From Alphaproteobacteria bacterium (GTDB lineage Bacteria; Pseudomonadota; Alphaproteobacteria; UBA828): DNA of 64,000 bases. Position 1 is the first letter of the stretch, and each line of letters begins with the position of its first letter. The position numbers and the translations under genes were made by a program. The stretch is taken from positions 256,001 through 320,000 of the forward strand of contig CBDCQT010000011.1 in assembly GCA_965220745.1 (NCBI GenBank), given 5' to 3'. Under the pieces are notes generated by a model that was given only the letters and a program-made list of their open reading frames with translations, did not search any database and was not told where the DNA came from. Below are positions 30,608 to 39,617 of the stretch, piece by piece.

Positions 30608-31510
30608 TCAGCCGCCGAAGCGGGGCTCCGGCAGGCCCTGCACGCCGAGGCCCGAGACCGCGAGGATGCCGCCGCCGTGGGGCTGCGGCTTGGAGGCCTC
30701 GCCGAAGATTTTCTGGGCCTCCGGGCCGAGAAAATCCGTGCGGCCCATCGAGGTGAGGTAGGCCACGTCGAGGTTGTCGCCGCCGAACATGATGCTGGTG
30801 ATGGTCTTGGTCGGCACCGGCACGCGACGGTCCACCGTGCCGTCCGGCGCGTAGCGCACCAGCTGGCCGGAGACGATCTGCGCGTTCCAGAGATACCCCT
30901 CGGCATCGATGGTCGAGCCGTCCGGAATGCCGGGCTCGTCGTGGGTGTTGGCGAAGACGCGCTTGTTGGAGATCGCGCCGGTCTCGATGTCGTAATCGTA
31001 GGCGTAGATCTCCTGCATGTAGGAATCGGTGTGATAGAAGGTCCTGTTGTCGGGGCTCCAGCTCGGCCCGTTGTTGCAGATGATGCCGCGCTCCAGCTCG
31101 TGCACGGTGAGATCGGGGTCGAGGCGGAAGAGGCCGCAGATCGGCGATTCCGAAATCTCGTCCTCGCCGCCGGCGAAGAAGCGGCCGCGGCGGTCCACCT
31201 TGCCGTCGTTGAAGAGCGTGCGCGGCTCGTCGGCGTCGACCAGGGCGATGAGCTCGGTCTCGCCGCTGTCGAGGTCCATGAAGTAGAAGCCGTCGCGCAT
31301 GGTGAGCACGCCGCCGCCCTGCTCCCTGAGCGCGAACGCGCCCACGGTCTTCGGCAGCGTCCAGGTGCGGGTCTTGCCTGAGCGCGGGTCGAGGCGCCAG
31401 ACCTCCTTGTCCAGCATGTCGACCCAGTAGAGAACGCCGTCTGCCGGGTCCCAGACCGGCCCCTCGCCGAGATAGTTGTTGGCCTCCACCACGCATTCGA
31501 TCTTGACCAT
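30608..31510 (-). CDS. SMP-30/gluconolactonase/LRE-family protein
   Basis: LGEGPVWD, FNDGKVD..GR, NGPSWSPD, PDGSTIDAEG. Confidence 0.92.
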   Translation of the reverse strand: MVKIECVVEANNYLGEGPVWDPADGVLYWVDMLDKEVWRLDPRSGKTRTWTLPKTVGAFALREQGGGVLTMRDGFYFMDLDSGETELIALVDADEPRTLFNDGKVDRRGRFFAGGEDEISESPICGLFRLDPDLTVHELERGIICNNGPSWSPDNRTFYHTDSYMQEIYAYDYDIETGAISNKRVFANTHDEPGIPDGSTIDAEGYLWNAQIVSGQLVRYAPDGTVDRRVPVPTKTITSIMFGGDNLDVAYLTSMGRTDFLGPEAQKIFGEASKPQPHGGGILAVSGLGVQGLPEPRFGG

Positions 31511-31633
31511 TTCCCACCTCCCTTTGCCTTCTGACGCCCCCTGCCCGCCAGCAACAGAGACAGGCGGACCAAGGGCCGAGACCGGGCGACTATACGCCCG
31601 AATGCATGTGCGCGAGGTCTGCGCGACTGCGCG

Positions 31634-32047
31634 TCAGCACCCCATGACCCGCACGTGGCCCTCCCCACCGTAGGCAAGCAGGTGGCGGTCACGGGTCACC
31701 AGCGTGTAGCCGAAGGCTCGTGCTGTCGCGGCGAGGATGCGGTCCACCGGATCGGCCGGCGGTGCGCCGGGCAGCGCGCACGATGCGATAAAAACCTCCG
31801 GCGGCAGTTCCGCGAGCGCCAGCTCCGGCCACGCGAGAATTCTCTCGAACCACATCTGGGGGCTCATCGCGAGCGCAATTCTGTTTTTCTCCACGAGCAT
31901 GGCGATTTCCCACGCGGTGATGGGGGAGACGAAGACCCCGCGACCATGCGCAGGCGCGTCCTCCAACGCGCCTGCGGCCGGTTCCCTCAGCGCCTCGCCG
32001 TTCGCGATCCAGATGACCGTGCAGGTGTCGAGAAGGTAGACGGGCAT
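31634..32047 (-). CDS. vapC: PIN-domain VapC-type toxin
   Basis: LLDTC, SPITAWEI, DPVDRILAATA, LVTRD: the acidic PIN residues are present. Confidence 0.9.
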   Translation of the reverse strand: MPVYLLDTCTVIWIANGEALREPAAGALEDAPAHGRGVFVSPITAWEIAMLVEKNRIALAMSPQMWFERILAWPELALAELPPEVFIASCALPGAPPADPVDRILAATARAFGYTLVTRDRHLLAYGGEGHVRVMGC

Positions 32048-32053
32048 CGCCGA

Positions 32054-32476
32054 CTACTGAGTCGCATCCCATTTCGTGTTGATCGGTGCCGTCAAGTCGG
32101 TTCCTGGCTTGATCGTCACCGTGCCCTCGAGCGCACCGAAGACACGAGAAAGAAAGCCCCCGGAGGTGACTGTGGAATCTTGCGGCTCGTCCCGTAGCTC
32201 GCCGCTCGCGGACTTGGCCGCCGGTCCGTACTGCACGGCCTTGCAAAACACCAATTTATGCGCCGCCATGTCCACCTCCGCCGTCGCGAAGCCCGCCTCG
32301 AGCCAAGCACGAGTCATGACGTTGTTCGTGGGGTTATTGGACCACCAGGCCCGGTGGGTGAAGGCAGATTGCGGCAGTTTCGCGCCGATGACCTGCTCGA
32401 TATCGGCGAAGGTCATGGGCACGGACTCCTGGCCTGCGTCGCGCAGGTGATCCGCCAAGGGCGCATATTTCGACAC
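32054..32476 (-). CDS. Putative antitoxin: DUF7662-like N-domain plus VapB-like C-terminal tail
   Basis: SKYAPL..MTFADIE..LPQSA..WWSN..AWLEAG N-domain; tail FGALEGTVTI..DLTAP..W; SD GAAGGAG before GTG; 6 bp upstream of vapC. Confidence 0.72.
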   Translation of the reverse strand: MSKYAPLADHLRDAGQESVPMTFADIEQVIGAKLPQSAFTHRAWWSNNPTNNVMTRAWLEAGFATAEVDMAAHKLVFCKAVQYGPAAKSASGELRDEPQDSTVTSGGFLSRVFGALEGTVTIKPGTDLTAPINTKWDATQ

Positions 32477-32511
32477 AACGGTTCTCCTTCACAGGTATTT
32501 TTTGAAGGGCA

Positions 32512-32545
32512 TGTGTGTATAACACACACTTACTTCTTATTGCAA
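32512..32545 (-). promoter_or_regulatory. Putative promoter and palindromic operator of the toxin-antitoxin operon
   Basis: Minus strand TTGCAA (32545-32540)-N18-TATACA; perfect inverted repeat TGTGTGT-ATA-ACACACA (32512-32528) overlaps the -10 box. Confidence 0.65.
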
Positions 32546-32669
32546 ACAGAGAATCGAGTGCGACGGCCGCGACCGGCTCCGCCCCATTGCCGGTGCGGGA
32601 GTCGCCAGCGTACTCTCGCGCGCCATCCGGTGCCGCTCTGCCAGCGGCGCCATTCCGGGACGAAATGCG

Positions 32670-33920
32670 ATGAGCGTTGAGCAGGCGCCCGGCCGCAGCC
32701 AGGCCCGCGTCATGGGGCTGATCGCACTCGCCCACGGCGCGAGCCACTTCTACCAGCTCGCCCTGCCGCCGCTCTTCCCGCACCTCAAGGAAGCATTCGC
32801 GGTCAGCTACACCGAACTCGGGACGCTGATGACCGTGTTCTACGTGGCCTCCGGCGTCGCGCAAAACGGGGCGGGCTTCCTGGTCGACCGCTTCCCGGCG
32901 CGCACGGTACTCCTGGGCGGTCTCGCGTTGCTTTGCATCGCGATTTTGCTGATGGGTCTCGCGCCTGCGTTCTGGATGCTGTTCCCGCTTGCCGTGCTGG
33001 CGGGGCTCGGCAACAGCGTGTTTCATCCGGCCGATCTCTCCATCCTCACCGCGAGCATCCGGCGCACGCGCCACGGCCGGGCCTACGGCTTCCACACGCT
33101 GGGCGGCAATCTCGGCTATGCGCTTGCGCCCATCGTCATGGTGGGGCTCGCGCTGGAGCTCGGCTGGCGCTCCGCCCTGATCGTGGCCGGCGCGGGCGGC
33201 CTCGTGTTGTTTCTGATCCTGTTCTTCAACCGGCACCTGTTCCTCGACGCGAGCGACGAGGCGCCTGCGGTGGCCCGTCCGCGCGTTAGCGACGCCTCCG
33301 CGGCGGGCGCGAACGGGAGCGGTTTGCTTGCCGCCGTGAGGCAAGGCGTCGCTCCCCTCGTCTCGGTCCCGGTCATGCTCTGCTTCGCCTTCTTCATCTT
33401 CTTGAGCGGGGCCACGATCGGCCTGCAGTCGTTCTTCCCGGCGCTGATGGACCAGCTCTACGGCCTGCCGGTCGCCGAGGGTGCGCCGCTGCTCTCGGTC
33501 TTCCTCTTCGGGGCATCGGGGGGAGTCCTGCTCGGCGGCTTCCTGGCCGAGCGCACGAGTTCACGGCATCAGCTCGTCATCGGCGCGGGCCTCGCGTCGG
33601 CAGCCGCGTTCTTCGTCGCCATCAGCCTCGGCCTCTTCCCGGCCGCGGTTCTGGGAGTCCCCTTCGCGCTCGCCGGTATCCTGGTCGGCCTCACCTTTCC
33701 GTCGCGCGACATGCTGGTGCGCGAGACCGCGGCGGCCGATGCCAGGGGCCGGGTCTTCGGCTTCGTCTATTCCGGTCTCGATACCGGTGCCGCCGTCGCG
33801 CCGCTGATCGTGGGGTTGCTGCTCGACCACGGCGACCCTCAAGCCGTGATGTGGCTGATCGCAGCGCTGCTGCTGCTCGGCGTCCTAGCCGCCGTCATGG
33901 CGAAAGGGCGGCGAGGGTGA
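32670..33920 (+). CDS. MFS transporter (Fsr-like)
   Basis: About 12 hydrophobic segments, GFLVDRF, GLGNSVFHP, GRAYG. Confidence 0.9.
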   Translation: MSVEQAPGRSQARVMGLIALAHGASHFYQLALPPLFPHLKEAFAVSYTELGTLMTVFYVASGVAQNGAGFLVDRFPARTVLLGGLALLCIAILLMGLAPAFWMLFPLAVLAGLGNSVFHPADLSILTASIRRTRHGRAYGFHTLGGNLGYALAPIVMVGLALELGWRSALIVAGAGGLVLFLILFFNRHLFLDASDEAPAVARPRVSDASAAGANGSGLLAAVRQGVAPLVSVPVMLCFAFFIFLSGATIGLQSFFPALMDQLYGLPVAEGAPLLSVFLFGASGGVLLGGFLAERTSSRHQLVIGAGLASAAAFFVAISLGLFPAAVLGVPFALAGILVGLTFPSRDMLVRETAAADARGRVFGFVYSGLDTGAAVAPLIVGLLLDHGDPQAVMWLIAALLLLGVLAAVMAKGRRG

Positions 33921-34005
33921 GTACGCTGCGGCGCGCGCCATGCGCTACAATCCGCCCGCCCGGCCGCGTGGGCGCGCGTGTTCCCCTCTGCAATCGGTGA
34001 GTGGC

Positions 34006-35085
34006 ATGGTCAGCTTCGGCTTATTCTGTCTCATGGGTTATCGGGACCGCGGAAGCCAGGTCTCCGAGGTGCTCGGCAACGCGGTCCGCATGACGCAATG
34101 GGCCGAGGAGGCGGGCTTCGAGGCCGCCTGGTTCGCCGAGCATCACTTCTCCAACTACTGCGTCTGCCCCTCGCCGCTGCTGATGGTCAATCACTGCGCG
34201 GGACACACGACGCGGATCAAGCTCGGCCCGGCGGTGATCGTGGTGCCGCTCTATCACCCGGTCCGACTGCTCGCCGAGATCGGCATGACCCAGGCGCTGC
34301 TAGGCGAGGATCGCTTCCTGCTGGGGCTCGGCAGCGGCTACCAGCCCTACGAGTTCGAGCGCTTCGGCGCAGACCTGGGCGATTCCAAGGCGCAGCTGGA
34401 TGAGTTCCTCGCGCTTATGGACCGCGCGTATGCGGGCGAGACCTTCACGTTCGACGGCGACTTCACCGCCTTGCCGGAGACCAACATCAGCACACGCCCA
34501 CCGGGTGGCGTGCCGCCGATCTGGATTGCCGGCGATTCAGAATCGACACACAAGCTGGCGGCCAGGCGCGGCTTCGTGCCGATCATCACCGGTCGTTGGT
34601 TCGGCGCGGACTACCTGGCCGAGCAGCGCGAGCGCATCGACGCGTCCTACGCCGCCGAGGGCCTGAGCGGAGAAAAGCACGAGCTCGGGATCCTTCGCTT
34701 CGTCTGCGTGACCGAGAGCGATGAGGAGACGCGGGACTACCTCGTGCAAGCGCGCCAGCAGATGCGTTTCGCCGCCGCGCTGCGCAACCGTCAGGAGGCG
34801 ATGGACGGCGGCATGCTCGTGGAAAAGCCGTTCTCGGGCGAGCCGCCACTGGAGGAGATGGCGGCGAGCCTGCCCGTGGGCGATGCCGCCACTGTCGCGG
34901 CGCGGCTTACCGCCGACATCCGTGCCTCGGGCGCGAGCCACATGATGCTGAATATCCAGGCGGCGGGCTCCACCATGGCGCAGGCCGAGCGCACCATCCG
35001 GGCCTTTGCGAGCGAAATCAGGCCCGCCATCGATCGCGCCCTCGCCGAGGACCCGGGCGCAGGCGCTCAACGCCAATCGCAATAG
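34006..35085 (+). CDS. LLM-class (luciferase-like) flavin-dependent oxidoreductase
   Basis: AEEAGFEAAWFAEHHF, TTRIKLG, HPVRLLAE, GLGSGY..EF; start at ATG 34006 probable. Confidence 0.9.
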   Translation: MVSFGLFCLMGYRDRGSQVSEVLGNAVRMTQWAEEAGFEAAWFAEHHFSNYCVCPSPLLMVNHCAGHTTRIKLGPAVIVVPLYHPVRLLAEIGMTQALLGEDRFLLGLGSGYQPYEFERFGADLGDSKAQLDEFLALMDRAYAGETFTFDGDFTALPETNISTRPPGGVPPIWIAGDSESTHKLAARRGFVPIITGRWFGADYLAEQRERIDASYAAEGLSGEKHELGILRFVCVTESDEETRDYLVQARQQMRFAAALRNRQEAMDGGMLVEKPFSGEPPLEEMAASLPVGDAATVAARLTADIRASGASHMMLNIQAAGSTMAQAERTIRAFASEIRPAIDRALAEDPGAGAQRQSQ

Positions 35086-35147
35086 TCTGCAGCCTCCAGG
35101 ATCAGCCCTCTTATCTGAAGCATTGAATCGAGCGAAGAACATACCAA

Positions 35148-35177
35148 TAGACAAATCTTGCCGGGGGACGATACACT
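35148..35177 (+). promoter_or_regulatory. Putative sigma70 promoter of the low-GC ORF
   Basis: TAGACA-N18-TACACT, 30 bp before ATG 35208. Confidence 0.45.
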
Positions 35178-35207
35178 TTCTGGCGTAATCTTCCTCGAGG
35201 TTAGCCG

Positions 35208-35612
35208 ATGACCAGTGATCGGGATAATCTGAACGGAGGCATCGACCGTCTGGCGCTCGCCCTTCGGGACGTGTTTCGAGAGGCTACCGCGGAAGCAGTT
35301 GCGACGGGGGTGGCGCCTCTGCGTAGGAGTGTGTCAGAACTTTCCGCTAATGTGTCAGAAATTACTACTGGACTGGCGGAGGTCCGAGGTGAGACCTCGC
35401 AAATACACCACAAGGTTCAGCGTGTGGGAACCCGTATAGATCAGATGAATGAACGTATGGGTGCCATGGAACATCGGATGAACCGAATGGATGCACGTAT
35501 GGATGTTATAGAAAGGCGTCTTCCCCAAGCTATGACACAGGAAGAATATGATGCTCTCCCAAAGAAAGACGAGAATACACTGTACGTAATAGTTGAACGT
35601 CCGCACACGTGA
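35208..35612 (+). CDS. Hypothetical coiled-coil protein with C-terminal phage-tail-fibre-like motif (low GC)
   Basis: 134-codon ORF with GAGG SD and own promoter candidate; heptad Met/Ile/Val repeat; terminal TQEEYDALPKKDENTLYVI. Confidence 0.7.
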   Translation: MTSDRDNLNGGIDRLALALRDVFREATAEAVATGVAPLRRSVSELSANVSEITTGLAEVRGETSQIHHKVQRVGTRIDQMNERMGAMEHRMNRMDARMDVIERRLPQAMTQEEYDALPKKDENTLYVIVERPHT

Positions 35613-35924
35613 CGGCGCGCGTAGCCACTATGGGGTGCAAGCAACGACCGATCCACCCGAGAGGATGCGGGTGCTGCCCAAGCCCTCATGCTATCAGCTT
35701 TAGGCTGCCGACCTTGGGGAAGGTCTGAGCGACGACGCAATATCCAGGGCGCTCGTAGGCTTGTTGGAACGCGCAACGGCGGCCATTAATCTAGCGCCTG
35801 TCGAAACTTAATTGGGCGGGAATGACAATTTAGCGACGCCGGACATCACTTGGCGCTCGTGCTCCAATGCATGTGTTCTCCTTTGTCAATTGGAACCATA
35901 TGAACCGGACCGGGCGCGGGGTTC

Positions 35925-37050
35925 TTAGCCCTTGCCCGCGCCCTCCGCAGGGGCGCCGATGCGGGCGGCGAGCGATGCCGCCAGGAACTGGTCGATGCCG
36001 CCGTCGAGCACCGCGTCGGGGTTGCTGCTTTCGATCCCGGTGCGCAGGTCCTTCACCATGCGGTAGGGCTGCAGCACGTAGGAGCGGATCTGGTGGCCCC
36101 AGCCGATGTCGCTCTTCTGCTCGGCCAGCGCCTGCGCCTCCATCTCGCGCTCCTGCAGCGCACGCTCGTAGAGACGGGCGCGCAGCATCGACATGGCCTC
36201 CGCCCTGTTGCGGTGCTGCGAGCGCTCGGCCTGGCACTGCACGACGATGCTGGTGGGCAGGTGGGTGATGCGGACCGCGCTGTCGGTCCGGTTGACGTGT
36301 TGCCCGCCTGCGCCCGAGGCGCGGTAGGTGTCGATCCGCAGGTCCTTGTCCGCGATCTCGATATCGATGGTCTCGTCCACCACGGGGTAGACCCAGACCG
36401 AGGCGAAGCTGGTGTGGCGCCGGGCGCCCGCATCGAAGGGCGAGATGCGGACCAGGCGATGCACGCCGCTCTCGGTCTTGAGCCAGCCGTAGGCGCTCTC
36501 GCCCGAGACCTTGATGACGGCCGACTTGATCCCCGCCTCCTCGCCGGGGCTTTCCTCGATCCACTCGACCTTGTAGCCGCGCTGCTCCGACCAGCGCACG
36601 TACATGCGCAGCAGCATCTCGGCCCAGTCCTGCGATTCGGTGCCGCCGGCGCCGGCATGAACCTCAAGGAACCCGTCGTTGCCGTCCGCCTCGCCCGAGA
36701 GCAGGCTCTCCAGCTCGCGCCGCTTGGCCTCCGCGCGGGTCGTAGCGAGCGCAGCCTCCGCCTCGCCGTAGGCCTCCTCGTCGGCCTCCTCGTCGGCAAG
36801 CTCGGCAAGCGCGAGGCCGTCGTCGAGCTCCTGCTCCAGCCGTTGGAAGGTGGCGACCGCGGCGTCGAGCCGGGTGCGCTCCTGCATCACCGCACGGGCG
36901 CGCTCGGCGTCGGCCCAGAGGTCCGGGTCCTCGGCCTCGCGGTTCAGAGCCTCCAGGCGTTCGCGCGCACCGTCGAGGTCAAAGGTGCCTCCTCAGCAGC
37001 GTCAGCGACTGCTTGATGTCATCGGCAAGCGACAGGATTTCCGCGCGCAT
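35925..37050 (-). CDS. prfB: Peptide chain release factor 2 (programmed +1 frameshift)
   Basis: ATG 37050, [23 protein letters not shown] then CTT-TGA-C at 36984-36978; downstream frame has SPF and GAGGQHVN motifs. Confidence 0.97.
36978..36993 (-). promoter_or_regulatory. prfB +1 frameshift cassette
   Basis: AGGAGG-CAC-CTT-TGA-C on minus strand: internal SD, 3-nt spacer, slippery codon and UGA. Confidence 0.95.
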
Positions 37051-37074
37051 CGGCAGGGCCCCTCAGGTGGGCGC

Positions 37075-39486
37075 TCAATATACGGCGCCCAGCCCCTCGA
37101 ACGGAACCGCCCCGGCTTCGAGCCCGCCATCCAGGCTGTCGGCTGCCGTGAGCACTGCCCGCTGCGTCGGCTCTGTGCCGGGCAGGAAGGCTTCGACGAT
37201 CACGTCGTCGCTGGCGGGGCCGGGCAGCGTGCCGGAGCCGCGCTCGACCCGGACGAAGCGGATGCCCGGCGGAACCCGGAAGGGCACGGCCGGCTTGCCG
37301 GCCAAGGCGGCGGCGAAGAAGTCCCGCACGATGGGCGCCGCGACCCGGCCGCCGGACTCCTTCCGCCCCAGCGATTGCGGCTGGTCGAAGCCGACATAGG
37401 CCGCGGCCACGAGGTCCGGGGTGAAGCCCACGAACCAGGCGTCGCGGAACTCGTTGGTGGTGCCGGTCTTGCCGCCAATCGACGCGCCCAGCTTGCGGAG
37501 CGCGCGGCCGGTGCCGCGCTGCACCGCACCCTCCAGCATCGAGACGACCTGGTAGGTGGTGCGCGGGTCGGCGATCACGGGACGCAGGTCGCGCAGGACG
37601 GGCGGCAGCTGGTGGCGCCATTCGCCGGGGCGGCAGTTGTTGCACTCGCGCGCGTCACGCCGGTAGACCGTGCGCCCGTTACGGTCCTGAATCCGCTCGA
37701 CGAAGGCAGGCACGATCTTGCGCCCGCCGTTGACCAGCATGGCGTAGGCCGCGGCGAGATCGAGCGGCGTGGTCTCCATCGAACCCAGCGCGGCCGACGG
37801 CAGCTCCGGCAGGTCCTCGTAGAGCCCGAAACGCGCGGCATAGTCGCCCACGGTCTTCATGCCGATGTCCTGGGCCACGCGGAGCGTCATCAGGTTGCGC
37901 GATTCCTCAAGGCCCACCCTGAGCGTGCTCGGGCCGTAGAAACGCTCGGTGTAGTTCTCGGGCTTCCACTTGCGCAGGTGCTCGCCCTGGTCGATCACCA
38001 CCGGCGCGTCGAGCACGATGGAAGCCGGCGTGTAGCCGTGATCGAGCGCCGCTAGATAGACGAACGGCTTGAAGGCAGAGCCGGGCTGGCGCCGTGCCTG
38101 GGTCGCGCGGTCGAACTCGCTGGTGGCGAAGTCGAAGCCACCGACCAGCGCCAGCACCCGTCCGGTGTGCGGATCGAGCGCCACCAGGGCGCCCGAGACC
38201 GCGGGAATCTGGCGGAGCGCATAGGCGCCCTCCCGGTCATCCACTGGCTCAACTGGCACAACGTCGCCCGCGCTCAGCACTTGGTGCGCGGCGGTGACCT
38301 CCGGTCCGAGCCGGCCCTTCCCCCGCGCCGCTCGCGCCCATGTAAGGTCGTCGAGCGCGATGGCGCCCACACCGCCGTCGGCGAAGCCGATTTCCGCGCG
38401 ACCGGCGTCTGCGGTCAGGACCGCCGCGAGACGCCATGGTTTCGGCACCGGCGGCAGCTCTTCCGCGCCGAGCGCCTGCCGCCAGTCACCCGCCAGATCG
38501 ATCTGAGCGAGCGGACCGCGCCAGCCGCGGCGTTGATCGTACGCGACGAGGCCGCCCCTGAGCGCCCGGTCGGCCGTCGCCTGGAGTGCGGGATCCACCG
38601 TGGTGCGGACCGAGAGGCCGCCTTCGTAGAGCGTATCGTCGCCGTAGCGCGCCTGTAGCCAGCGGCGCACCTCCTCGGAGAAGTGCGGCGCCTCGACGAA
38701 GGTCTCGGGGGCGCGTTCGCGGGTGCGAAGCGGCGCCTGCATCGCGGCTTCGGCCTCGGCCTCTCTCACCGCACCGTTTGCGAGCATCTGGCTCAGCACC
38801 CAGTTGCGCCGCGCCACGGCGGCGGCGCGCTTGCGCACCGGGTGATAGTTGTTCGGCGCCTTGGGCAAAGCCGCTAGATAGGCGATCTCTTCGAGCGAAA
38901 GGTCGTTGAGGGAGCGATCGAAATAGTTGAGGGCCGCCGCCGCCACACCATAGGAGCCTGCGCCCAGATAAATCTCGTTGAGGTAGAGCTCGAGGATCTG
39001 ATCCTTGGTGAAGGCGTCCTCGATCCTCATGGCGAGGATGGCTTCCTTGATCTTGCGCGAGAAGGAAAGCTCGTTCGAGAGCAGGAAGTTTTTGGCCACC
39101 TGCTGGGTGACCGTGGACGCGCCGACCGGCCGGCGTTCGCCGTTGCCGACCATGTTGACGAGGTTGGTGACCACCGCGTTCGCCACGCTGATGGGATCGA
39201 CCCCGAAGTGCTCGTAGAACGCCTTGTCCTCGGCGGCGAGGAAGGCCTGGACCAGCCTCTCCGGCATGGCACCGACGGGCACGAACAGCCGCTTCTCGCG
39301 AGCGTGCTCGGCGAGCAGGCGCCCATCGCCGGCGTGAACGCGGGTCATCACTGGTGGCTCGTAGGCCGCGAGCTGGTTGTGATCTGGCAGGTCCCGGCCG
39401 TAGTGGAAGAAGACGAAGGCGATGGCACCGCCTGCGAGTGCTGCGAGGAGCACGAGGCTGCCGAGGACGATGCCGGCGATTTTCAT
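37075..39486 (-). CDS. mrcA: Penicillin-binding protein 1A
   Basis: AAEDKAFY, GASTVTQQVAKN, RKIKE (transglycosylase); SAFK, SRN, KTG (transpeptidase). Confidence 0.95.
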   Translation of the reverse strand: MKIAGIVLGSLVLLAALAGGAIAFVFFHYGRDLPDHNQLAAYEPPVMTRVHAGDGRLLAEHAREKRLFVPVGAMPERLVQAFLAAEDKAFYEHFGVDPISVANAVVTNLVNMVGNGERRPVGASTVTQQVAKNFLLSNELSFSRKIKEAILAMRIEDAFTKDQILELYLNEIYLGAGSYGVAAAALNYFDRSLNDLSLEEIAYLAALPKAPNNYHPVRKRAAAVARRNWVLSQMLANGAVREAEAEAAMQAPLRTRERAPETFVEAPHFSEEVRRWLQARYGDDTLYEGGLSVRTTVDPALQATADRALRGGLVAYDQRRGWRGPLAQIDLAGDWRQALGAEELPPVPKPWRLAAVLTADAGRAEIGFADGGVGAIALDDLTWARAARGKGRLGPEVTAAHQVLSAGDVVPVEPVDDREGAYALRQIPAVSGALVALDPHTGRVLALVGGFDFATSEFDRATQARRQPGSAFKPFVYLAALDHGYTPASIVLDAPVVIDQGEHLRKWKPENYTERFYGPSTLRVGLEESRNLMTLRVAQDIGMKTVGDYAARFGLYEDLPELPSAALGSMETTPLDLAAAYAMLVNGGRKIVPAFVERIQDRNGRTVYRRDARECNNCRPGEWRHQLPPVLRDLRPVIADPRTTYQVVSMLEGAVQRGTGRALRKLGASIGGKTGTTNEFRDAWFVGFTPDLVAAAYVGFDQPQSLGRKESGGRVAAPIVRDFFAAALAGKPAVPFRVPPGIRFVRVERGSGTLPGPASDDVIVEAFLPGTEPTQRAVLTAADSLDGGLEAGAVPFEGLGAVY

Positions 39487-39617
39487 CTTTGGGCGGGCCG
39501 GACGGTCAGTGGAGTCGCGTACGCCTCAGCGTAGCATCGATCGATCAGAGTCGGGACGGTGATGCCGGCGCGTACCCTCCTATCGGGCGCCAAAATTGAG
39601 GCGAGACTACGGCGGAA

